31,821 bases of DNA from a virus (IMGVR_UViG_3300042214_000074:1-31821); one strand, 5' to 3'; positions 1 through 7,919 are shown, counted from the stretch's first letter. The notes: generated by a model not told the origin, from the letters alone. Program-made: numbers and translations.

Positions 1-1542
1 ATGGCAAAACAGCCCGCCAACCCGATGATCGCCAAGCGCTTCTCGAAAGCATTCATCAAAGAGTTGCGCGAAGATATCCGAGACGGCGCTCAGAGTAAAC
101 ATATCAAAGAAGGTTGCAGCAATGTCGTGTTCAAGGACACCCGAGACAATGGCGCACGACTGAAACTCCGGCTCAGCAAATCCGGGGTTGCAAGCTTTTT
201 CATCATAGAGCGATTTTTGAACAGCGACGCCCCGAACACGGTGAACATCGCAGGCATTGATGCAGACCTCGATGCGGTGACCGAACGGGCGAAGGAAATG
301 CAGAACAACATCGTCAAAGGCTTGCACCCAGAGCACGGCGAAGGACTGACAACGGAACTTGAGAAGCAGTTCCACCCGTCAATTAGACAGCTGCACGAAG
401 AGCGGCTGGCCCACATGAAAAACAGGAAGCCACGAACCAGGAAGGATTGGATCTATTACTTCGACAAGCTGGGCGACTGGCAAGACATCCAGATTAATGA
501 ACTCACGCCCAAAGCCATCCTATTGAAGCACCTCAGGCTCGAAAAGAAACACAAAGGCTACATGGCGGATAACATCATCAAGTATGTCATCACGCTTATT
601 AACAGCGCCATGAAGAACCCAGAGCCGAATTACAATCGACCGGACCGGAACATCGTCTCGGAGACAATGCGCTACAATGACGCCTTTTTTATCAACCACG
701 GGCAAAGCCGCCGAGCCTCTCGCGCATTCCCCGAGGACAAGTGGGCAAGCATCTGGGAAGCGATCAACGACCTCCGGGAAAAGCAGGCCCTGCGCAACGT
801 CCCCACCCTCTCGCGCACTGCCCATTATTATTTTAAGTTTTTGATGCTCACCGGCATGCGGGATGGCACGGTCAAAACGATTGAATGGCACCAAATTGAT
901 TTGGCGAAAGGAACGATATCCTGGGTGAACGCCGAGGACGTTGAAAAGAAAAAGATTGACCAGAAGGTTTTCGACCTGCCCGTCTGTGATTATATCTGGG
1001 ACATGCTCAAGCAGATGCGCGCCGAGATTGTCGATGAAACCGGAAAAGAGCCCGAGGGCTATCTGTTCAAGTCAGCAGGCCGTGGCAAATCCCCCTATGT
1101 GGAGACCGGCATGCCAGACCAATGGCAAGCAATCAGGGAAAAGGTCGGCGGGGTTGTCGCAACCATGCGGGCGAATGACTTCCGCTCCACGTTCATCTCG
1201 GTCGCGGACCTGCTGGCAATGGATCGGCATGCAGTGAAAGCGTTGATTGACCACAAAGAAAACAAGCGCGACGCCTACGATGGGTATATCGACAGAAAGG
1301 ACCCGGTCAAGCGGCAACACGTGAACCGGATCGCGGGCTATATTCTGGAAACGATTGGGGAACAGACCAAACCCAAGGAGTCGACGATCCTGCCTGAGTA
1401 CATCATGAAATTGGCTCAGAACACGGCACTGAAAGAAGACAAGGAGCCGGAGGAGGTTCTGGCACGCTGGGCTCGCATGGGCAGTCAGCTTGATAAGCTG
1501 CAAACCGACGACCCGGAGATCCTGATGATCAAGAACGGGTGA
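1..1542 (+). CDS. int: Tyrosine recombinase/integrase (P4-like, N-terminal arm-binding domain) with C-terminal RHH/ParD-like extension
   Basis: N-terminal 'FKDTRDNGARLKLRLSKSGVASF' arm-binding-like segment; catalytic R in LTGMR, HxxR variant NDFR, LIDH, and Tyr nucleophile in AYDGY. Confidence 0.9.
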   Translation: MAKQPANPMIAKRFSKAFIKELREDIRDGAQSKHIKEGCSNVVFKDTRDNGARLKLRLSKSGVASFFIIERFLNSDAPNTVNIAGIDADLDAVTERAKEMQNNIVKGLHPEHGEGLTTELEKQFHPSIRQLHEERLAHMKNRKPRTRKDWIYYFDKLGDWQDIQINELTPKAILLKHLRLEKKHKGYMADNIIKYVITLINSAMKNPEPNYNRPDRNIVSETMRYNDAFFINHGQSRRASRAFPEDKWASIWEAINDLREKQALRNVPTLSRTAHYYFKFLMLTGMRDGTVKTIEWHQIDLAKGTISWVNAEDVEKKKIDQKVFDLPVCDYIWDMLKQMRAEIVDETGKEPEGYLFKSAGRGKSPYVETGMPDQWQAIREKVGGVVATMRANDFRSTFISVADLLAMDRHAVKALIDHKENKRDAYDGYIDRKDPVKRQHVNRIAGYILETIGEQTKPKESTILPEYIMKLAQNTALKEDKEPEEVLARWARMGSQLDKLQTDDPEILMIKNG

Positions 1543-1570
1543 CCAGGTCGCCGATGTTGTTCATATCTCG

Positions 1571-1852
1571 TTAGTCTTTACCCCAGTCCGGGCGCAGCGT
1601 GTCCTCATCATCGGGGAGGCTGTCGTCTGGGTCTGGGTCTCTGAGTCCGGCTGCCAGCTTTTCCCTCATGCTTTCACCGACTTTTGAAATCACCTCGGCA
1701 TTCGACTCAAACAGCGCCCGCATTTCCGTCGCTGCCTTCACTGATCCAAAAACCTCGGCCATGTTTGAAATGGTTGCTGCTCGATGTGGCTCAATGTTCG
1801 AGCCGGTCCTGGTTCCAACGCCCAGCCGTCTTCTTTTGTTCTCAATACCCAT
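1571..1852 (-). CDS. Hypothetical protein (93 aa, acidic C-terminus)
   Basis: Fills the gap convergent to int; protein-like composition; weak RBS. Confidence 0.45.
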   Translation of the reverse strand: MGIENKRRRLGVGTRTGSNIEPHRAATISNMAEVFGSVKAATEMRALFESNAEVISKVGESMREKLAAGLRDPDPDDSLPDDEDTLRPDWGKD

Positions 1853-1948
1853 TGGACCACGTTCTCAATAAGTAAGGGGCGGCAATTATATCCCATCAGT
1901 CGCAGCGGTGAACGATGGAAAAAAGGATATACAAAACCAGATATTAAT

Positions 1949-1977
1949 TTGACGGGGTAGCATTTTTTGACTACAAT
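1949..1977 (+). promoter_or_regulatory. Sigma70-like promoter TTGACG-N17-TACAAT for putative sRNA
   Basis: 5/6 and 5/6 consensus with exact 17-bp spacer; AT-rich upstream. Confidence 0.7.
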
Positions 1978-1983
1978 GTAAAT

Positions 1984-2093
1984 ATGAGATCGGGGAACGT
2001 CTTCGGTTTCATCGGCGGGTCTAGTCAGCCATGTCGTGACAGTGTCTCTTCTTTTTGTGGTTTCGAGCCCCTCTCCGGAGGGGTTTCTCTTTT
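1984..2093 (+). ncRNA. Putative trans-acting antisense sRNA (~110 nt)
   Basis: Promoter upstream and intrinsic terminator downstream; 5' 12-bp hairpin AUGAGAUCGGGG/CUUCGGUUUCAU with 4 G-U pairs (folds fully only on + strand); no credible ORF; complementary to 6066-6107. Confidence 0.6.
2065..2093 (+). terminator. Rho-independent terminator
   Basis: CCCCTC-TCCG-GAGGGG followed by TTTCTCTTTT. Confidence 0.6.
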
Positions 2094-2206
2094 GTTGGCA
2101 AATGGTTTTTGTAGTCAAACCATTACGGGCGCTGTGGCGTGGATATCGAAAATGCCCGGACGGTGCCGGGGTTTGGTTGGCTCGCCCTTCCCTGGGCGGT
2201 TGCTGG

Positions 2207-5011
2207 TTATGCTGCCTCTACCTCTTTTCTCGCACCACTTTTGCGTTGTGCTTTTTTGTTTCTCCTGGCTCTTGCTGCGTCCTGCATTTCTGCCATTTCA
2301 AGCTGGCGATAATAGTCGCGATTAAGTTTTGACCCCTCCATCTCATGGCTGCGCAATTCCCTACGCTGTTTCAGTTGAGCTTTCAGCTTGCTCTCGCGGT
2401 TGTTCTGCGTTGCCATCTGGGCATCAACTTCGTCGTCCTGAGCGACCTGTTCGTCGCCCCGCTTGTATTCGATCGGGTCAACGTCTGCGGTGGCCATGGC
2501 GTAGCACATCTCAAAATCATCGGTCGCTGTGAAGTTCCAGACGCCGTTTTCGGGCTTTTCAACATCAAGGCCCATCACATCGGTCAATAGCTTCTTGACC
2601 ATGCCAGGGCCCTGCATTCTCGGGCTGATGCGCTTGCTGAATGCCTTCAATGCGTCGCGGTTGCGGATGCTGTGCCCGCTGATTTTCATCTCGCCTTCCT
2701 TGATCCATTTCGCGAACTTGTCGGCCTGCGCCTTGTTGAAAAAGGCCGGGCGGTCTTCCTGATTTTCCAGGCCCATCGGGGCGATGATCAGGCTGTCACT
2801 GTATTTGATCGAGATTGAGAGCTTACTGTCCGCTGCCCATGCTTTCAGGTTCTGAGCCGCAGTTTTGTGGTTCGGCTTGATCGTGTTGATGTTCGTATCA
2901 ATGCAGTCGAACAACTTGCGGATGATGCGGCGGCGCTGCATTTCGTTGACCGTCATGAAGTCGGTGCGCTCTCTTGTTGCCGCTTTCCAGTTCTTGATGA
3001 TGCCACGCATCCAGCCGTTGCGATCCGCCGCAATGAGTTCAAGTGAAAGCTCTGGTGTGCGGTATGCGACGCGCATGTCGAAGTTTTCAAGTTGAACCTC
3101 TTCCTCGCGTGTCTTGCTGCTCTTTTCGCGCAGTTGCTTGGCCTGCTGTTCGCTGATGCGGTTGATGGTTTTGACGGCCTCGGCACGCTCCTGCTCGGAT
3201 TGCAGCTTGCCGTCGTTGAGGCTCATTGCGCCTGTTTTCTTTCCTTCCTGAGCAACCACCCGCTCCATCTCAAAACCCGAATATTTAGCCATGATCAGAG
3301 CCCTGTTCGCGTATTGTTCGCGCATCTTGTTATCGCGTGCGATCTGGTTGATAACCTGCTCAACGCCGGGCTGAGTGCGCAGGTTCTCGATATGGTCGGC
3401 GGAGTATGCTGTGGCCATTATTTCAGTGTGTGCGATGGATTTGAGCACGTCGGTCGGATTGGTTGGCAGCCAACGGTCAACAATCTCGAAAGAAACGTGG
3501 ACCTCTGTCATGGCGCGGAACCGGCCCAGGGTCTGAACGAACTCGGTCGGGAGCACTGTGCCCGAAGCCAGGACGAACACGCCGTCAACGTTGTCCGTGG
3601 TGATACTAAAACCCGAATTTATTGCTGGGGAAATGATAATCAGGTCATGCCCTTCGATGGTCTCATTGATGTTTTTGAGGGCCTGAGCGTTGTCCGGGTT
3701 CTGAACATATTCCTTATTGATAACGAGAACGCGGGCATCGGGCTTGGCTGACAGCATGGTCGGCTTGATGCCGCTGAAATCGTCCTTTTGTGCGCTCTGA
3801 GCCATATCCGCGAACAGAACAACCCGCCCGCCATTTGATAGCAATTCCTGGGCAGTTCGGATGCAGCTCTCGTGGTTCTTGTGCAGTTTGAGCTTGCGCT
3901 TGACCTGCGGCTTGTTGGTGCGGCTGACGATGATTTTCTTGCCGCTCATGCGGGCCAGTTCGTTGATGCTGTGCTCGGATGTCTGGGCATCAACCACAAC
4001 GAATGCGCCGAGGTTGGCAGCGCTCAGGGCCGCGTTGTTTGTGTTGTGAGTGATCAGCCCCCGGTCAAGCAGGGAGCCACTGAGAACCGCTTTTCCTGCG
4101 TTGTGAGTGCGTGTCTGTTCGTATTCGTCAGCAATCAACAGGCTCGCCGCTGTGCGGTATTTTTCGAACTCCGGGAGGTAGCAGATGCTGTTGGGGGTGC
4201 CGACGGCAACCGGGCCTGCGTTGCCTGTTTGCTTGATGATTTGATAATGAGTTGCCTCGCCAAGGTGCTCGACGTGGTGAGATTTACGTGGCGCGAGCAT
4301 TGCCGCCGTTCTGTCTTCGCTCTGGCACTGATTGAGCAGCGTCTGGCAAAACTGTGATTTTCCTTCGCCCAGCTGCCAGGTCATAGCGAACACGCCGCCC
4401 TCTTCCAAAATCATTTTGCGCAGCTCGTCGCGGTCGGCTGGTGCCTCAATAACGTTGGGGTTGCCTGCGCGGATTTGGATGAAGTCGCGGGTTTCAAGAT
4501 CGAACGCCGCAATCGCCTGGTGTAAGTAATCGGCGGCGAGGTCTTTCAGGCTCTTGCCATTGCTGATTTGACGCTCTGGCATCAGGTTGCGGATTTGTTG
4601 CTCTGCATCAGCTGCATCGATTTTGTGCGGAACCAGCTGAGAAAGAAGAGCCGCAATGCTCGGCATGGAGTCAGCCACATCTGAAATGGTTCGGGCGCTT
4701 CGGGCGCGTTCGATTGCATATTCTTGATAGTTGCAGGGGTTAATGATTTGACCATCAACTAAAAGTTGGGCTCGGAAATCTCGGGCTCTTTTTAAAGCGT
4801 CGAATGCGTTGTCTGATGAAACGGAGACCAGAGTGCAGAGGTCGAGACCTTTTTTGTTGTCTTCGCTGATTGATTGCCATGCGTTGTCAGATGTCTCGCC
4901 GAAAACGTTGGCTTTGAAAAGGGTCAGTGGTCCGGTGATGATAAATCTATCGAATTTCATTGTTATCTCGTCAAATTTTTGTGGTTGCAGCTTTTGGTCG
5001 GTCAGAACCAT
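2207..5011 (-). CDS. Replication origin-binding protein / SF2-helicase-like Rep (UL9/CyRepA1-like); alternative start at 4960
   Basis: Walker A-like LGEGKS, Walker B LLIADEYEQ, motif V-like SPAINSGFSI, motif VI-like QTLGRFR; 934 aa. Confidence 0.75.
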   Translation of the reverse strand: MVLTDQKLQPQKFDEITMKFDRFIITGPLTLFKANVFGETSDNAWQSISEDNKKGLDLCTLVSVSSDNAFDALKRARDFRAQLLVDGQIINPCNYQEYAIERARSARTISDVADSMPSIAALLSQLVPHKIDAADAEQQIRNLMPERQISNGKSLKDLAADYLHQAIAAFDLETRDFIQIRAGNPNVIEAPADRDELRKMILEEGGVFAMTWQLGEGKSQFCQTLLNQCQSEDRTAAMLAPRKSHHVEHLGEATHYQIIKQTGNAGPVAVGTPNSICYLPEFEKYRTAASLLIADEYEQTRTHNAGKAVLSGSLLDRGLITHNTNNAALSAANLGAFVVVDAQTSEHSINELARMSGKKIIVSRTNKPQVKRKLKLHKNHESCIRTAQELLSNGGRVVLFADMAQSAQKDDFSGIKPTMLSAKPDARVLVINKEYVQNPDNAQALKNINETIEGHDLIIISPAINSGFSITTDNVDGVFVLASGTVLPTEFVQTLGRFRAMTEVHVSFEIVDRWLPTNPTDVLKSIAHTEIMATAYSADHIENLRTQPGVEQVINQIARDNKMREQYANRALIMAKYSGFEMERVVAQEGKKTGAMSLNDGKLQSEQERAEAVKTINRISEQQAKQLREKSSKTREEEVQLENFDMRVAYRTPELSLELIAADRNGWMRGIIKNWKAATRERTDFMTVNEMQRRRIIRKLFDCIDTNINTIKPNHKTAAQNLKAWAADSKLSISIKYSDSLIIAPMGLENQEDRPAFFNKAQADKFAKWIKEGEMKISGHSIRNRDALKAFSKRISPRMQGPGMVKKLLTDVMGLDVEKPENGVWNFTATDDFEMCYAMATADVDPIEYKRGDEQVAQDDEVDAQMATQNNRESKLKAQLKQRRELRSHEMEGSKLNRDYYRQLEMAEMQDAARARRNKKAQRKSGARKEVEAA

Positions 5012-5086
5012 CCGCTGTTATTATTATTTAATCACTAATTAACTTTATTTTCAAGCAAATTATCCAGCAATCGGCATTTTTATCTG

Positions 5087-5114
5087 GTTATATAAAAAAT
5101 TAAATATTTGTCAA
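5087..5114 (-). promoter_or_regulatory. Putative rep promoter TTGACA-N16-TATAAC
   Basis: Perfect -35 and 5/6 -10 upstream of rep; 16-bp spacer. Confidence 0.45.
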
Positions 5115-5330
5115 GGCCTGAAAATGGGCAAAAATCTCTCCGAATTTCCCATGGGATTTTCGAGCACTTTTTCGAACCACCTGCTCCGCTCTATCCGTTG
5201 TGCTGCAAGGCTTCCCGAGGATTTGAAGGCTGAAAAAAACTTGCAACGCTCCCTTATATAAAACAAACAAAAAAATTTTAGAGAAAATAACCCTCAAAAA
5301 CGACACAACCAAAGAAACCCGAATGGAACC

Positions 5331-5404
5331 TTTTCCGCGACAGCGGAGCCCCAAAAAAACATCAGTTAAATCAATTTTTAGGATGGCTGCGCTGTCGCGC
5401 AAAA
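5331..5404. repeat. 20-bp imperfect inverted repeat around a 34-bp AT-rich spacer; candidate replication origin
   Basis: TTTTCCGCGACAGCGGAGCC (5331-5350) vs reverse complement of 5385-5404 TTTTGCGCGACAGCGCAGCC, 18/20 identical. Confidence 0.65.
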
Positions 5405-5465
5405 ACTGCCCAGGTTGGTCTCTTTCCCTCTGCTGAGGTATAATACCTGAAAATGTATCAACGGA

Positions 5466-5945
5466 ATGATTGCAGGCATCGACCCAGGCGCAAGCGGCGG
5501 CATCGCCCTCCTCTCCCCGGACGGGGCACTGATATCCGTCCACGACACCCCCAAAATGAAACACGACGGCAAAACGGTGCCGGACGCCGCCGCGATATCC
5601 AAAATCCTCGACGGGGTTCAATTCATCACCCTGGAAAAGGTCGGCAGCCGCCCCCGCCAATCCGGCGTTTTTACTTTTGGTATGTCCCAGGGCATCGTCG
5701 TCGCCGTGGCCCGCATGTTGGATATCCCGATCCAGATGGTGCGGCCCCAGGACTGGCAAGATCTGCACGGCCTCAAAAACGGCGAGAAAGACACGAAAAA
5801 GAAGAAAGCACAGATCGCAGAGAAGGCCCTCACCTTTTACCCAGATGCCAATTTATACGGCCCGAAAGGCGGCCTCCGCGATGGACGCTCCGACGCTCTC
5901 CTCATCGCCCGCTGGGGATATCTCCAAAAAAGTGGCGAGCTATAA
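5466..5945 (+). CDS. RuvC-like Holliday junction resolvase (phage type)
   Basis: IAGIDPGASGGIA, TLEKV, PQDW and RSDALLIA motifs carrying the RuvC acidic residues. Confidence 0.85.
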   Translation: MIAGIDPGASGGIALLSPDGALISVHDTPKMKHDGKTVPDAAAISKILDGVQFITLEKVGSRPRQSGVFTFGMSQGIVVAVARMLDIPIQMVRPQDWQDLHGLKNGEKDTKKKKAQIAEKALTFYPDANLYGPKGGLRDGRSDALLIARWGYLQKSGEL

Positions 5946-6030
5946 AAGAGCCAACACTCGCAACCAGGTATGAACAACACGAGCGGCCCGAGGTGGATAT
6001 CCAACCCATCAAAAAAAGATAATAAAATAG

Positions 6031-6059
6031 TTGACCCCATCATGTTATTAAACGATAAT
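6031..6059 (+). promoter_or_regulatory. Promoter TTGACC-N17-GATAAT for gene 6096 (predicted +1 about 6066)
   Basis: Near-consensus hexamers, 17-bp spacer, A-rich UP-like region. Confidence 0.65.
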
Positions 6060-6095
6060 ATAAATAGACCAATAACAAAAAGAAGAGGCAGCGAC

Positions 6096-6473
6096 ATGAC
6101 TACCCGCACCCGCTACGAACACCCGGCAATCATTCACGACTACATGCGCGAACTGTGCAAGGTGATGATTCAAAAGCGCCACCCGCTCATCAAGGCAGGC
6201 ACCTACGCAAATTGGCACGCGCCCAGCCTCCGGCTCTACATCAACCTGCGTGACTACGAAGGCGTAGACATCTATTTCGCATTCCCCCGCGACTTCGCCG
6301 GACACGCCCTCAGAGTTGAAGACAAAAGGGAAAGGCCCGAGGCAGCCAAGGAAAAGACCCAGCGCCTCGCAGCTCAAAACATCAAAAGGATTTGGGGCGA
6401 CCAGGTGGCGGAAATTGGCGATCTCATTTTCGATCAGTTGGAGCGCATTCAAAAAAAATCAGAAAATAAATAA
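6096..6473 (+). CDS. Hypothetical protein (125 aa); predicted target of the 1984-2093 sRNA
   Basis: GAGG RBS before ATG 6096; own promoter; the longer 5970 start runs through the promoter. Confidence 0.75.
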   Translation: MTTRTRYEHPAIIHDYMRELCKVMIQKRHPLIKAGTYANWHAPSLRLYINLRDYEGVDIYFAFPRDFAGHALRVEDKRERPEAAKEKTQRLAAQNIKRIWGDQVAEIGDLIFDQLERIQKKSENK

Positions 6474-6481
6474 AAAAGTTA

Positions 6482-6549
6482 TTGACAACACAACACCGAA
6501 ACACTAAAATATAGGTATAGGGTTGAGAAACAGCCCAGGCAATCAAGCC
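6482..6549 (+). promoter_or_regulatory. Promoter plus double-hairpin leader cassette, copy 1
   Basis: TTGACA-N17-TAAAAT, then GGGTTG-AGAAA-CAGCCC and GGC-AATCAA-GCC. Confidence 0.85.
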
Positions 6550-6578
6550 AACAACAACAAAAAGAAAGGCGCAAGAAA

Positions 6579-6965
6579 ATGACTACAGCAATCGCAACAA
6601 CCAACAAAACCAAATCCGACCTGGAACTCCACAACGCAAACAGCGGCGACGTCCGCCCGCTTCACCCGGACGCAATCAAAAAGGCCGCCACCGAGGCTTC
6701 CGACCACCTCGCCCACATCCTCCCCGAGGAGCAATGGGACGGCCTCTGGCTCCACGTGATGGACCACCCGAAAACCCTGCCAGGCGGATTTGCTGACATA
6801 CACTGGGGCGTCTGTGCAACGCTGCAACGCCGGGGCGGCTACTGGTTCCTGGTTCGCGTGACTCGCACCCGCCTATACGCTGGCAAGCCCAACTACCAGA
6901 TCGTGGGCCTGGAAAAGAAGGTCACCGAAATCCTGAAACACGCCAGCAAGCCAGCAGCAAATTGA
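6579..6965 (+). CDS. Hypothetical phage early protein (128 aa)
   Basis: AAGG RBS; directly downstream of cassette copy 1. Confidence 0.8.
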   Translation: MTTAIATTNKTKSDLELHNANSGDVRPLHPDAIKKAATEASDHLAHILPEEQWDGLWLHVMDHPKTLPGGFADIHWGVCATLQRRGGYWFLVRVTRTRLYAGKPNYQIVGLEKKVTEILKHASKPAAN

Positions 6966-6967
6966 TT

Positions 6968-7059
6968 TGCTATACTCGGGGAAACCTTGCACAAGAGGAG
7001 ACCCCGAGATGGTTGGACCCAAGGTGATTTGACAAGAGCCCCGCCCTGGGGGCTTTTTT
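6968..7059 (+). ncRNA. Putative short transcript (~77 nt) containing a 7-codon minigene MVGPKVI (7009-7032)
   Basis: Extended -10 TG-C-TATACT (6968-6976), GAGGAG RBS, ATG 7009, terminator 7035-7059. Confidence 0.4.
7035..7059 (+). terminator. Rho-independent terminator
   Basis: AGAGCCCC-loop-GGGGCT followed by T run. Confidence 0.8.
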
Positions 7060-7147
7060 GATTACAACCCAACCACATCGTTCACCCCTGCGACTGATCC
7101 ACCTGCCCGTCGTGCGCGGTTATACTGGGTGAAATTGATTACAAAAC

Positions 7148-7348
7148 ATGATTGACCTCAACGAATACCGCGCCGAACGCCAAGACCTGAACCGCCGAGT
7201 AGCTGTCTGCATGTATGAAATGCTGGGCAAGCCTCCTGGGGTTTGTAATCAAAAACTGGCCGATATCCTCGCCTGCGGTGTCATGACTGAGGACTCCGTC
7301 GCCGACCTTGAAGCCGCTGTCCGTCGTCAATCCCTTCGCGCCGTTTAA
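7148..7348 (+). CDS. Hypothetical protein (66 aa)
   Basis: ATG start, TATACT -10-like box upstream, terminator downstream. Confidence 0.6.
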   Translation: MIDLNEYRAERQDLNRRVAVCMYEMLGKPPGVCNQKLADILACGVMTEDSVADLEAAVRRQSLRAV

Positions 7349-7417
7349 CCCCTGCCCCTCGCCCTAGAATGCGTCCGGTTTCTCATGCCGGTATCCAGGG
7401 TCGGGGGTTATTTTTTT
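7346..7417 (+). terminator. Large-loop hairpin with T7 tail, probable terminator
   Basis: TAACCCCTGCCCCT (7346-7359) pairs with AGGGTCGGGGGTTA (7397-7410), then TTTTTTT. Confidence 0.55.
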
Positions 7418-7458
7418 GATATTTTTTCATTATTTTGCCATTTATTTTGTTTTAGTTG

Positions 7459-7527
7459 TTGACAACACAACACCCACCCACTATAATGGGTGTATAGGGT
7501 TGAGAAACAGCCCTCGGCAATAAGGCC
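7459..7527 (+). promoter_or_regulatory. Promoter plus double-hairpin leader cassette, copy 2
   Basis: Perfect TTGACA-N17-TATAAT, then GGGTTG-AGAAA-CAGCCC and GGC-AATAAG-GCC. Confidence 0.9.
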
Positions 7528-7553
7528 AAAACAAAAAGAAAGAGAGATACAAA

Positions 7554-7853
7554 ATGACGAACGAAAACATCAAATTCATCGAAGCAAAGAAAGAAAGCAA
7601 CAGCTCAGTCCGCGCCGAATTTCGAATTGAAGGTCAAAGCGTTTCTGTTGAGTGGAGCAACATCCACGAAGGCACCGGTGAAACGCTCGACACTTTTGGC
7701 CTGACCAACGACGTGAACAGCGTCGACAGCGCCCTGGCCGCCCGAGTGATCGATGCGATCAATGAAGGCGAAGGCGGAGAAGACGACGAACTGTATCTCG
7801 CTATTCGCGACACTTTCGACGCAACTGACGCCGCCGAGCTGGCTGCACAGTGA
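7554..7853 (+). CDS. Small acidic hypothetical protein (99 aa), candidate anti-defence protein
   Basis: About 22 D/E vs about 7 K/R by hand count; own promoter and downstream hairpin. Confidence 0.85.
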   Translation: MTNENIKFIEAKKESNSSVRAEFRIEGQSVSVEWSNIHEGTGETLDTFGLTNDVNSVDSALAARVIDAINEGEGGEDDELYLAIRDTFDATDAAELAAQ

Positions 7854-7859
7854 TAACCC

Positions 7860-7881
7860 AGCCCCTCCGGGGGCTATTATT
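7860..7881 (+). terminator. Hairpin / weak terminator
   Basis: AGCCCC-TCCG-GGGGCT then ATTATT. Confidence 0.5.
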
Positions 7882-7919
7882 AACACAATACAAACGCATT
7901 TATTAATGAGGGCAACAAC

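Larger units (their letters stand above)
1966..2119. repeat. 11-bp perfect inverted repeat TTTGACTACAA (1966-1976) / TTGTAGTCAAA (2109-2119) flanking the sRNA
   Basis: Read directly; left copy overlaps the -10 box. Confidence 0.6.

Noticed and set aside
1838-1870. Direct repeat GTTCTCAATA, loosely like the cassette leader on the - strand
   Set aside because: No hairpin partner or promoter in register; only 10 bp
2021-2060. A - strand gene starting at ATG 2032 with an RBS-like leader
   Set aside because: Only three codons (MAD-stop) and no good -10; promoter, G-U pairs and terminator favour the + strand RNA. Kept only as an alternative explanation
1-2206. att site or tRNA integration target near int
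   Set aside because: No tRNA fragment or duplicated core visible; the window starts at the int ATG, so att may lie outside
1984-2332. ORFs 1984-2325 and 2036-2332 (+) as genes
   Set aside because: Non-protein-like composition, no RBS, cross a terminator and overlap the rep 3' end
5331-5404. Protelomerase (telRL-like) target
   Set aside because: The centre is not palindromic, and the recombinase looks like a P4-type integrase
6482-7527. Repeated GGGTTGAGAAACAGCCC as a CRISPR array or solitary CRISPR repeat
   Set aside because: Copies are about 1 kb and 14 kb apart, tied to promoters, have no spacers and do not resemble CRISPR repeat families I recognise; no cas genes
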